IMG/VR virus record: IMGVR_UViG_3300013923_000004
Coordinates: 58,316-78,315 of that record
Direction: 5' to 3' (one strand)
Source of the DNA: an uncultured virus (IMG/VR IMGVR_UViG_3300013923_000004)
Taxonomy: Duplodnaviria > Heunggongvirae > Uroviricota > Caudoviricetes
Length of the DNA: 20,000 nucleotides
A program made the translations under genes and the position numbers. Under the pieces are notes generated by a model. The model saw only the letters and a program-made list of their open reading frames with translations. It was not told the DNA's origin and did not search any database. Each line of letters starts with the position of its first letter. Position 1 is the stretch's first letter. Shown piece by piece: positions 1-7,246 of the stretch.

Positions 1-378
1 TATTTCGTCAGCGTCACCCACGCCCTGACCGGCCAAACCCACCACATGTACATCCCGGCCGACTTCAACGGCGCGGCGTTCAAGAAGGTCCAGAACCTCT
101 GCGCCGAGCGCCACAACTTCCGGCCGTACCGGTCGAACAGCGTGATCAAGATGCGCCGCCTGAAGCTGTCCGACTACCTGGAGAATCCCGGTGCCCTACC
201 GGCCGCCGCCGCAGTCGCTGCCGAACTCGGTGAGCGCGACATGGTGGCTGCGCTGGCCAAGCGTCCGCAGGAGATCGCCGCGCTCATGGAGCAGCGTGGC
301 GAGGCCATCGACTTCGACGCCTTGGCCAAAGCCCTGGGCGAGCAGCTGCGCGCCGTTGACCAACTGGGAGCCGCGTGA
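1..378 (+). CDS. Hypothetical protein, probably 5'-truncated by the window edge
   Basis: Frame +1 is open from base 1 (YFVSVTHALTGQTHHMYIPADF...) to TGA 376-378; GC3-rich codons; overlaps the next start (GTGATG). Confidence 0.7.
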   Translation, partial: YFVSVTHALTGQTHHMYIPADFNGAAFKKVQNLCAERHNFRPYRSNSVIKMRRLKLSDYLENPGALPAAAAVAAELGERDMVAALAKRPQEIAALMEQRGEAIDFDALAKALGEQLRAVDQLGAA

Positions 379-632
379 TGGGACGTCAGGTAGAGGCACA
401 GCTCGAGGACCTGGCGCTGGCTGGGTGCCTCGTACAGATCGCCTTTTTCGTCGAGGACGACGAAGGCACCGCGGTGGTCATTCGCAGGCCCATCGTGGAC
501 TTCCCAGACGGCAGCCGGCTCACCAGCGACCTGTGCGACGCCCTTGTTTTCGACTGCCGCAGCCGGCATAGCGCGAACTCCTGGGCGCTTGAGCAGCTCA
601 TCGACCTCGGCGTCCCGTTCCGCTGGTCGTAG
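375..632 (+). CDS. Hypothetical protein (85 aa)
   Basis: GGAG upstream; GTGATG coupling with the previous stop. Confidence 0.65.
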   Translation: MMGRQVEAQLEDLALAGCLVQIAFFVEDDEGTAVVIRRPIVDFPDGSRLTSDLCDALVFDCRSRHSANSWALEQLIDLGVPFRWS

Positions 633-643
633 GGGTGACGGTG

Positions 644-709
644 CGTAAAGGTGGCCAAGGTAGGCCGCACGTAAAGGTGGCCAAGGTAAACCGCACGTAA
701 AGGTGGCCA
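644..709 (+). repeat. 2.5 copies of a 26-bp tandem repeat CGTAAAGGTGGCCAAGGTARRCCGCA
   Basis: Units at 644-669, 670-695 and a partial unit at 696-709; intergenic. Confidence 0.9.
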
Positions 710-729
710 CGAGCCACGAGGATCTCCAC

Positions 730-1017
730 ATGTTCGACTTCGATCCGTTCCAGAGCAACCGGCCTGGCGCCTCCCGCGCCCACCTCCTGGACGAGGACGG
801 GCAGCTCGCCGGTGTCGTCTCGTTCGTCCTGGACCAGGACTTCGTCCGCGTCGCGGCCGAAGTCTTTGACCCGGTCAGCTTCCGCAGCGTGCGCCACAGC
901 TCCGCCATGGTATGGGGCGACGGCCGCGTCCTCGTTGACGATGAAGTGCCGGTGTACCTCGTGCATCAGGACCCGCCGCCGCCCGCCTGGGCCTTCTGGC
1001 GATCCACTGCAGCCTGA
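730..1017 (+). CDS. Hypothetical protein (95 aa)
   Basis: GAGGA at 718-722 before ATG 730; in frame with ORF 703..1017. Confidence 0.65.
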   Translation: MFDFDPFQSNRPGASRAHLLDEDGQLAGVVSFVLDQDFVRVAAEVFDPVSFRSVRHSSAMVWGDGRVLVDDEVPVYLVHQDPPPPAWAFWRSTAA

Positions 1018-1058
1018 CCTGTAAATAAACGAATACATTAATAACGGAGTGCGTCGAT

Positions 1059-1244
1059 ATGAGCATCACTCAGCAGCTTGCACACTGGTTCATCGCCCTC
1101 GGCCTCGACCCGGCCATGGGCGCCCTGCTCGCCCTCATCCTGCTGGTGGCCATCCCGCTGATGATCGGCGCCGGTATCGTCGCGCTCTTCGAAGAGGACG
1201 AGGACGAGGGCGCCATCACGTTCGTCAAGGAGGTCAGGCTGTGA
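1059..1244 (+). CDS. Small membrane protein
   Basis: GGAG RBS; long hydrophobic stretch ALLALILLVAIPLMIGAGIVALF followed by an acidic tail. Confidence 0.7.
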   Translation: MSITQQLAHWFIALGLDPAMGALLALILLVAIPLMIGAGIVALFEEDEDEGAITFVKEVRL

Positions 1245-1882
1245 GAAAGCTCCTCTTCAAGGATCGGGACCTCGACCTCGTCACCGATTCGACCGACCTC
1301 CACTACTGCTTCCTGGTCGAGCAGGTGCTGCCCATCCTTGGCTACCGTGACACCGACGCCCTCAGACGCCGCGTCGGCGACAGCGAGATCGACAGCCACT
1401 ACGGCAAGCCCAGCGTCAAGGTCAGGGCGTTGGTCGCCCTCGTCCTCAGTCGGCGCCGCAAGGACGCTGAGGACTTCGGTGAGTGGCTCATCGACCAGTT
1501 CGGCGACGAGCCGGACCGGCAGCGCTGGGCAGTGCGCCAGAATCGCCTGGGCAGGGTCGCGCAGCGCATCGAGCACATCACCTTCGAGCAGCTCGTCGCA
1601 GCGATGGGTGTGAGGTCGGATAACCGGGTGTCGTTCCACAACGCGCTGCGCGCCGCTTCTGACGTCGTTCGCAGCGTAGGGCTACCTGGGTTCTGCTTAG
1701 GTGGGGAACGCTTCACCATCGACGTCCTAGGCGCCTTGGCGGTCAGGTCGATCGGTGGGGCACGGGCAGCTCTCACGCCGGGCCGGGTTGCCGCCCTCGC
1801 AGCCCTCTCCAAAGCGGTGAGCAGGGGTGAATGGATTGAGGAGGAGGTCCTCGTCCAGATCCGGGAAGGGCTGGATGGATGA
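1241..1882 (+). CDS. Bro-N domain DNA-binding protein (213 aa, GTG start)
   Basis: AAGGAGG RBS and GTGA overlap; FLVEQVLPILGYRD...ALVLSRRRKDAEDFGEWL matches the Bro-N pattern F-x3-V-x2-LGY...L-x2-S-x3/4-A-x2-F-x2-W. Confidence 0.7.
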   Translation: MRKLLFKDRDLDLVTDSTDLHYCFLVEQVLPILGYRDTDALRRRVGDSEIDSHYGKPSVKVRALVALVLSRRRKDAEDFGEWLIDQFGDEPDRQRWAVRQNRLGRVAQRIEHITFEQLVAAMGVRSDNRVSFHNALRAASDVVRSVGLPGFCLGGERFTIDVLGALAVRSIGGARAALTPGRVAALAALSKAVSRGEWIEEEVLVQIREGLDG

Positions 1883-1884
1883 GA

Positions 1885-1912
1885 TTATGCGTATACATCA
1901 ATATACGCATAA
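1885..1912. repeat. Inverted repeat TTATGCGTATA-catcaa-TATACGCATAA
   Basis: Perfect 11-bp arms immediately after the Bro-N stop codon. Confidence 0.85.
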
Positions 1913-1930
1913 GGGTTTATAGGCTCTTTC

Positions 1931-1972
1931 TATATATATAATATTTATTTATTTATTTTATATATATATATA
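1931..1972. other. 42-bp pure A/T tract, (TA)n-(ATTT)n-(TA)n; candidate DNA-unwinding element
   Basis: The tract is seen directly; its function is inferred. Confidence 0.55.
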
Positions 1973-2334
1973 GGTATAGGGCCTAGCAGGGGGCCTGGGG
2001 AATATAGTTTTGTGCTAGCAAAAGTGGGTATCACTTATGATTAGGACATCGACGAAATTTTTTCTCGAAGCGCCGTTGTCCTTATAATTAGGGGTATCGC
2101 AAATTTTTTGCACTTCCCTGGGCACAAACATAACAAAGGGTCGTTTTTCTACTGTTTTGCCGGTACTGAGGACGACAACGTCGGCCAACCCCAGACAGAA
2201 ATCGCCCAATTCCCGCAATCAAAAACATAGAATTTTCTCTCGGTACATAACAACATACGAAAACTGGCATAACAACTCCCTCAGAACCACCCTTACTCCC
2301 CCACGGAATTTTTGCCCCTGAAAAAATCCGAGAG

Positions 2335-2343
2335 TTATCCACA
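2335..2343 (+). promoter_or_regulatory. DnaA box (TTATCCACA)
   Basis: Perfect match to the consensus R-type DnaA box, inside a ~640-bp low-GC intergenic region; single copy. Confidence 0.5.
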
Positions 2344-2520
2344 GGACAAGGCCGGACATTTCACTCCCCATTCGCTTAAAAACGTGCCCCCATTCGGCCT
2401 ATGGGGCCGAAGACTTGCTGTACACTTTTTAACCAATTAGCTCATTTTTCACTCATCCAGCTATGGAATTATCCATTCGCTGAGGTTTTTGCTTTCACGC
2501 TAATCGCCACCGAGGACGAC

Positions 2521-3951
2521 ATGGCCAACGCCACCCTATCCACCCTCCAAAGCCCCACCGGAAAGGTGCGGGTCAAGTTGCAGTCGCTGCCCGCCACGCC
2601 CAAGGGTTTCCCCAAGCAGCGTCTCTGCCCGTCGAGCAAGTCGGTGCGAGCCAACTACGGGCTGAGGGCGCCAGAGGTAGCCTGCGCGATGGCGGAAAGC
2701 CTGTCGTATGCCTATGCCTCACTGAGCGAGCCGGCGTTCGCGCCAATGGCCTGCGGGCCGTTCACCGAAAGGATGTTGGCGCAGTACGTCGGAAGGTGCC
2801 TGTGGAGCTGGGACGATGTGCCGGCGTTCATTCCGCCGAAGAGGGTGCCGCCGCTGCCTATCCAGGCTGCCCAACAGGCAGAGGACGACACCGCCCAACA
2901 GGCAGAGGCTGCCACCGACGGCAACGCCGAACCCCCCATCTACAACCCGGGCGAGGTCTCCCTCTACCACTGCTCCCGCCGCCTGATGCAGATCGCCATG
3001 CGCTGCACCGCCCTGTTCCCCGAGGACATGCGATCGGTCAGCCCCCGCCTGTCCTGCAACCTGCTGCTGGGCAGCTACAACAGCGTCGACCGCGCCGTTG
3101 CACGGTTCCTGGCAGGCGCTGGCATGGAATACGACGGCCAAGGGTTGGCAGCGGCACTGGCCCACGTCGGCTATGGCGAGGTGCAGGACGGCGGGCTCCC
3201 GCCCTTCCACCGGTTGCCAGAGCGCAGCAAAAGGACGGGCTACAGCGTGCGCCAATCGCTGGCCCTGGACCTGGCCGGACCGGAAGGAACGCTGCCCCTA
3301 GCCCACGCAATTTTGAGGTCCACGCTGTACGAGGACGACCTGGCCAAGCGCCTGATCGAGGTAAAGGAGGGAGTGCTGGAACGGCTGCGCGAGCTGGCTG
3401 TGGAGGTGAGGGGCGTCGCCCCTGACGTGGCACAGATGATCGAGGACGGCGACATACCGTACGAAGGCGCTGCGGAGCGCGTGGTGCGCGGTGTCTGGGA
3501 CCTGGACCTGGGGGTGCTCGACGAGGGCCGATCTACCGCGGACCCCGACGACGACCTGATGGCGCTCACCTGCCGAATGATCATAAGCGCGCTGGGCACA
3601 GGCCACGCCTACATCGGCGCAACGACACTGTTCGCCCTGGCGACGCTGTCTGGTGTGTCGCCGGCGGCATACGTCCGCTATGCCGAGAAGGACCTGGAGC
3701 GCCGCGGAGTCACCTACCTGACCAGCGCGACCGTGGGAGAACTGGCTGATCTGGTGGCAGAGGCAGACCTGAAGAAGGAGTCCCGAAGGGGCGTGCTGAT
3801 CAAGGAGCTGCGCCTGCTCGAGGCCCGTCTGAAGCCGATGGAAGAGCTGCTGGAGAAGCGCGGCGAGCGGGTGAAGCGGCTGATGCGGGTGCGTGGTTGT
3901 CGGGTGGCTGAGGAGTGGCGCAAGGGTGGGAATAGGGAGTTGGAGGACTAG
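2521..3951 (+). CDS. Large orphan protein (476 aa), basic N- and C-termini
   Basis: GAGGA RBS before ATG 2521 (better supported than 2401); GC3-rich long ORF; no family recognised. Confidence 0.8.
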   Translation: MANATLSTLQSPTGKVRVKLQSLPATPKGFPKQRLCPSSKSVRANYGLRAPEVACAMAESLSYAYASLSEPAFAPMACGPFTERMLAQYVGRCLWSWDDVPAFIPPKRVPPLPIQAAQQAEDDTAQQAEAATDGNAEPPIYNPGEVSLYHCSRRLMQIAMRCTALFPEDMRSVSPRLSCNLLLGSYNSVDRAVARFLAGAGMEYDGQGLAAALAHVGYGEVQDGGLPPFHRLPERSKRTGYSVRQSLALDLAGPEGTLPLAHAILRSTLYEDDLAKRLIEVKEGVLERLRELAVEVRGVAPDVAQMIEDGDIPYEGAAERVVRGVWDLDLGVLDEGRSTADPDDDLMALTCRMIISALGTGHAYIGATTLFALATLSGVSPAAYVRYAEKDLERRGVTYLTSATVGELADLVAEADLKKESRRGVLIKELRLLEARLKPMEELLEKRGERVKRLMRVRGCRVAEEWRKGGNRELED

Positions 3952-3966
3952 CGAATCGAACTTTAT

Positions 3967-4234
3967 GCGAATACCGATTCGGTAGTTGCCAGCAACCATG
4001 CGGCCTGCGGAGGGTACCCGCACAATGTGCGGGTACCCTCTTTCGCGACTCACACGACCTGAATCGCCACGCTTCACGAGGACGAAAAAGCTGACCCCCA
4101 CAATGTGCGGGTCAGCTCTGTAACCGGCAAATAACGAATCGTTATTTGCCAGCAACCACGCGGCCTGCAGCGGAGTTGGGGGTACCTACGTCACGTAGGT
4201 ACCCTAAAGACCCGCACAATGTGCGGGTCTTTAG
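3967..4234. repeat. Array of six palindromes arranged in two related units
   Basis: 3967-3989 (imperfect), 4010-4040 (31 bp), 4089-4117 (29 bp, 1 mismatch), 4126-4150 (25 bp), 4180-4204 (25 bp), 4204-4234 (31 bp); linker TTGCCAGCAACCAYGCGGCCTGC occurs twice (3986, 4146). Confidence 0.92.
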
Positions 4235-4246
4235 AAATCACAAGTA

Positions 4247-4276
4247 TTTACAGCAATACAGGAACACTGCCATGAT
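4247..4276 (+). promoter_or_regulatory. Putative sigma70 promoter for the c4-kilA unit
   Basis: TTTACA-N18-CATGAT with a TG extension; the -35 element lies inside a GTATTTACAG operator-like motif. Confidence 0.45.
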
Positions 4277-4300
4277 AGCGACGCCTCAGCGCACTGAGGC

Positions 4301-4335
4301 CCTGGTTTGGCGACCGGGAAAAGGAGCGGACAGTC
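4301..4335 (+). promoter_or_regulatory. C4 target sites (a1/b1-like)
   Basis: Hairpin loop TTGGCG is complementary to CGCCAA (4421-4426); GAGCGGACAGT is complementary (with G-U pairs) to GCTGTCCGTTC (4400-4410). Confidence 0.65.
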
Positions 4336-4349
4336 TGGATTAGCCCGTT

Positions 4350-4446
4350 TATGGCGGGCTGAGAGTGGGAGACCTGCGAGGGTCTGCCGGTTACGCTCGG
4401 CTGTCCGTTCTCCACCGGTTCGCCAACCCACTCTCAGCCTGCCACC
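4350..4446 (+). ncRNA. c4: C4-type antisense RNA (P1/P7 c4 family)
   Basis: 18-bp closing stem 4352-4369/4427-4444, inner hairpins AGACC..GGTCT and CCGGT..ACCGG, unpaired segments complementary to the upstream sites, and position before an antirepressor-like gene. Confidence 0.7.
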
Positions 4447-4460
4447 CTATTCGGTGGCTC

Positions 4461-4472
4461 CCGTAATTACAG
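4461..4472. promoter_or_regulatory. Operator-like motif CCGTAATTACAG overlapping the kilA RBS
   Basis: Member of the repeated intergenic motif; runs into AGGAG. Confidence 0.6.
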
Positions 4473-4481
4473 GAGTTACGC

Positions 4482-5210
4482 ATGTCTGACATTATCAAAA
4501 TCGACTTCGAGAGCCGCCAAGCAGAGCTGCACCTCGACAACAGTGGGCGCTACAACCTCAACGACCTGCACAAGGTGGCGGGAGGTGGGTCGAAGCATCA
4601 GCCTTCCAACTTCCTGCGCCTCGACACTACGAAGGCACTCATCGAAGCGCTGGAATTGGAGCGTTCCTCAGATCTGAGGATCGGTCAAGAATTGACCAAA
4701 AATTTAAGCTCCTCAGATCTGAGGAGCTTAAATTTTTCGCCCGTTGAAGTGGTCCTCGGCAAAGGCAAAGACCAAGGCACCTTCGTAGCCAAAGAACTGG
4801 TCTACGCCTACGCCATGTGGGTGAGCCCGAGGTTCATGTTGGCGGTCACCCGGATCATTGATGAAATCGCCCGGACCGGCACCTACGCCCAGGACCGCTG
4901 GGTCGACTTCGCCGAATACTGCAACCTGGTCCGCAAGAGGATCAGCCCACGCAGCAAGACGCTGACCACGGTGCCACACAGTGTCAGGCACGCCCTGATC
5001 ATTGCCCGGGCCGATCCCGCGATGGGCGATGCCATGGTGTTTGGCGATGGAGGCGCGTCGTGGGTCCGAGAGGATCGGCTGAGCACGGCGTTCTGTATGT
5101 CCGCAGCCAAGGACGGCCAGGTGAACCGACACCACTTCGAGGCGGTGCGAGAAGCTGAGGAGTACAGCGTGCTGACGAAAGCGGAAGTTCTGGTAAAAGC
5201 CAACCCTTAA
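4482..5210 (+). CDS. KilA-N domain protein (antirepressor-like)
   Basis: GRYNLNDLHKVAGG..KHQPSNFLRLDTTKALIEAL..QGTFVAKELVYAYAMWVSPRF is a typical KilA-N domain; AGGAG RBS. Confidence 0.9.
   Translation: MSDIIKIDFESRQAELHLDNSGRYNLNDLHKVAGGGSKHQPSNFLRLDTTKALIEALELERSSDLRIGQELTKNLSSSDLRSLNFSPVEVVLGKGKDQGTFVAKELVYAYAMWVSPRFMLAVTRIIDEIARTGTYAQDRWVDFAEYCNLVRKRISPRSKTLTTVPHSVRHALIIARADPAMGDAMVFGDGGASWVREDRLSTAFCMSAAKDGQVNRHHFEAVREAEEYSVLTKAEVLVKANP
4698..4737. repeat. Perfect 40-bp palindrome inside the KilA-N coding sequence
   Basis: AAAAATTTAAGCTCCTCAGA|TCTGAGGAGCTTAAATTTTT; its 16-bp core is also present at 4665-4680. Confidence 0.95.
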
Positions 5211-5244
5211 ATAAAGAAATATACGAATACATAGGAATTAGAAA

Positions 5245-5532
5245 ATGGGAATTCACGTTATTGAACAGGAGATGCGCCGGGCGTTGTTCGGGTCTGGAGT
5301 GAAGGCCAAGCAGCTGATCGAGAGACAGGAACAACCTGCAATCACCGTGACGCTGTCAGTGCGCCGTGATGGCGGGACCATCAAGCGATTCGAGAAGACG
5401 GTGAAGACGCTGAGCCGCCTGGAAGCCGAGATCGAGGCCAAGAAAGCGGCACGGGCTGAAGGCTGGACGGTGTGGTGTGTGCTGGAGGTTGACGACCATC
5501 ACCACAACACCGCGCAGGAGGCATTCGCATGA
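5245..5532 (+). CDS. Phage hypothetical protein (95 aa)
   Basis: AGGA upstream; ATGA coupling to the next gene. Confidence 0.75.
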   Translation: MGIHVIEQEMRRALFGSGVKAKQLIERQEQPAITVTLSVRRDGGTIKRFEKTVKTLSRLEAEIEAKKAARAEGWTVWCVLEVDDHHHNTAQEAFA

Positions 5533-5788
5533 GCAACCGACCAACCGGCGGGCCGGCGTTTCCGGTGCCAGGCTTCGAGTTTCTGGACGACAGAGACCCA
5601 ACGAAACCAGAGCGGGTGGTAAACCTGCCGGCCCCAGGCATGACCTGCGCGACTACTTCGCCGCCAAGGCGATGCAGGGCTCGCTCGCTGACCCAAGCGT
5701 CAACCCAACAGACCACAAAGGTGACTTCGCCCGGTGGTGCTACGAAGTGGCCGACGCAATGATCGCTGCGAGAGGGGAAGGGAAATGA
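5529..5788 (+). pseudogene. Frameshifted member of the common phage family TGGPAFP...GMTLRDYFAAKAM...ADAMIAAR
   Basis: N-half in frame 5529, C-half in frame 5477; ATG ACC TGC at 5640-5648 lacks one C relative to ATG ACC CTG CGC. Confidence 0.8.
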
Positions 5789-5848
5789 CCGAGGACTACA
5801 ACCGAAGGTTGAACAGAAGATGCTGAGAAAAACCGACGGCCGAGGCAA

Positions 5849-6235
5849 ATGATGAACGTCTTCAACATCCCGACCTGGAAGCTCCGGACGGCCTCCATGC
5901 AAATGAACAGCGTCGACACCGTCCTGGTCATGGCCCTCGTCCTCCGCGAGCACGGCACTGCGGCAGCCGTCCGGGCCACGGCCCACCGCCTCGCCGGAAA
6001 GGTGGTGCGGGAGCAGCAGCCCAAAATGAAGGCGCTGGCCCGGCTACCAGATGACAAAGCGGTCATCCAGTGTGCGCTGAACATCGTCCAGCGGACCACC
6101 GATGCCCTGGGCATCCTCCCGGGCCAGCCATTCGTCTTCGGTCCGGCACCCAAGTGTCACTACAAGCCGATGGTGATGACCGAGAGCGGGTGGCAGTGCC
6201 AGCACTGCTCCCACATCAAGCCGCTTGCGGCGTAA
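5849..6235 (+). CDS. Hypothetical protein with a C-terminal zinc-ribbon-like segment
   Basis: GAGG RBS; ends PKCHYKPM...WQCQHCSH. Confidence 0.75.
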   Translation: MMNVFNIPTWKLRTASMQMNSVDTVLVMALVLREHGTAAAVRATAHRLAGKVVREQQPKMKALARLPDDKAVIQCALNIVQRTTDALGILPGQPFVFGPAPKCHYKPMVMTESGWQCQHCSHIKPLAA

Positions 6236-6239
6236 TCAA

Positions 6240-6251
6240 CTGTAAATACAG
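6240..6251. promoter_or_regulatory. Operator-like motif CTGTAAATACAG
   Basis: Intergenic, just before RBS and ATG 6262. Confidence 0.65.
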
Positions 6252-6261
6252 GAATTAGGAT

Positions 6262-6543
6262 ATGAGCATCACCGAACAGAACTGGCAGCAGGACTACCTC
6301 GACCTTCACGAGATGTACACCAAGGTGGTCGCCGAGCGAGACAGGCTGCAGGCCGAGAATGACCGACTGCTCGAGGGCAAAGTCCAGGACGCCGAGACGA
6401 TCCATGTGCTCGAACTGACCCTCGCCAAGTGCGTCGCCTCACTCGACCAGCTGCTGCCGTACCTGGCCAAGGTGCCGGTGGACGTCGGCCTGCTGAACGA
6501 TGCGCTGATGGCGGCGCGGCCTTTGTTGGAGAAGCGGACATGA
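6262..6543 (+). CDS. Coiled-coil phage hypothetical protein
   Basis: AGGA RBS; heptad-like VVAERDRLQAENDRL. Confidence 0.75.
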   Translation: MSITEQNWQQDYLDLHEMYTKVVAERDRLQAENDRLLEGKVQDAETIHVLELTLAKCVASLDQLLPYLAKVPVDVGLLNDALMAARPLLEKRT

Positions 6544-6938
6544 TCGAAGTGAAGACCAGTGAGCTGGAAGGCAAGGCCCTGGATTGGGCTGTGGCTATGT
6601 CTGAAGGCGCCACCAACCTGCGCTTCGATACGGTGGCGTGCTGGTGGTTCACCCTCAACGGCAGGGACCGGGTACTGAGCAGCGGCTGGTCAGAGCAACA
6701 GAACTACTGCCCATCGACCGACTGGCGCTACGGCGGGCCGCTGATCGACAAGATGGGCGGCTTCGAGCTTAAAGTCTGGCTGGAGTCTAAGCCCGAAACC
6801 AAATGCGAAGCCCATATCCATAACTACGATGGTAACTGGATCGTCTTCGGCCCCACGCCCCTCATCGCCGCCATGCGCTGCCTCGTCGCCAGCAAGCTAG
6901 GCGACGTGGTGCAGGTGCCCAAGGAGTTGCTTCCATGA
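6540..6938 (+). CDS. NinX/DUF2591-like phage protein
   Basis: MIEVKTSELEGKALDWAVA...YCPSTDWRYGGPLIDK...GPTPLIAAMRCLVASKLGDVVQVP; ATGA overlap at 6540. Confidence 0.8.
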   Translation: MIEVKTSELEGKALDWAVAMSEGATNLRFDTVACWWFTLNGRDRVLSSGWSEQQNYCPSTDWRYGGPLIDKMGGFELKVWLESKPETKCEAHIHNYDGNWIVFGPTPLIAAMRCLVASKLGDVVQVPKELLP

Positions 6939-7246
6939 AGCCCACCAAGCCCACCAAGCCCAAGAAGCCAACCCGCAAGGACCTGGAGCACCAGGTTCTC
7001 GAACTCAAGGCCCAATTGGCCTGCGCCTATGCCCAAGCCTCGCGCGACATCGAGAAGTCCAGGACCGACCACATGATGGCATCCGGCGTCCTGTTGCAGC
7101 TCACCGCGCTCGGCGGCCGGGAGATCATCAAGCCGGTGGTCATCCTCGACGGCCTGAGTGACGAGACGATCGAGGCGTTAAGGAAGGACCTGATCCGCAG
7201 CTACGAGCTGGCCACGGCATATAAGCCGAAGGGAGGTGTGAAGTGA
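6935..7246 (+). CDS. Hypothetical protein with an N-terminal KPT repeat
   Basis: ATGA overlap; 9-bp tandem AAGCCCACC units at 6938-6973. Confidence 0.75.
   Translation: MKPTKPTKPKKPTRKDLEHQVLELKAQLACAYAQASRDIEKSRTDHMMASGVLLQLTALGGREIIKPVVILDGLSDETIEALRKDLIRSYELATAYKPKGGVK

Noticed and set aside
644..709. Mini CRISPR array
   Set aside because: The units are directly adjacent with no unique spacers.
1049..1240. N-terminal extensions of ORFs such as 1049, 6429, 8496, 10244, 13892 and 17319
   Set aside because: They overlap better-supported upstream genes; internal starts with RBS or coupling were used instead.
2401..2520. ORF-track start at 2401 for the large orphan gene
   Set aside because: The extension is AT-rich and has no RBS; ATG 2521 has GAGGA at suitable spacing.
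3967..4234. CRISPR array or plain rho-independent terminators
   Set aside because: There is no constant repeat with regular spacers and no cas genes. The dyads have a single central base, and most lack a convincing U-tract; 4010-4040 (followed by TTT) could still terminate weakly.
4350..4446. tRNA-like cloverleaf
   Set aside because: There is no T-arm or D-arm consensus in the expected positions and the closing stem is 18 bp; it fits C4-type RNA better.
4146..4489. ORFs 4146..4343 and 4307..4489 as genes
   Set aside because: They have weak starts and no RBS, and the sequence is better explained by palindromes, a promoter and the C4-type RNA.
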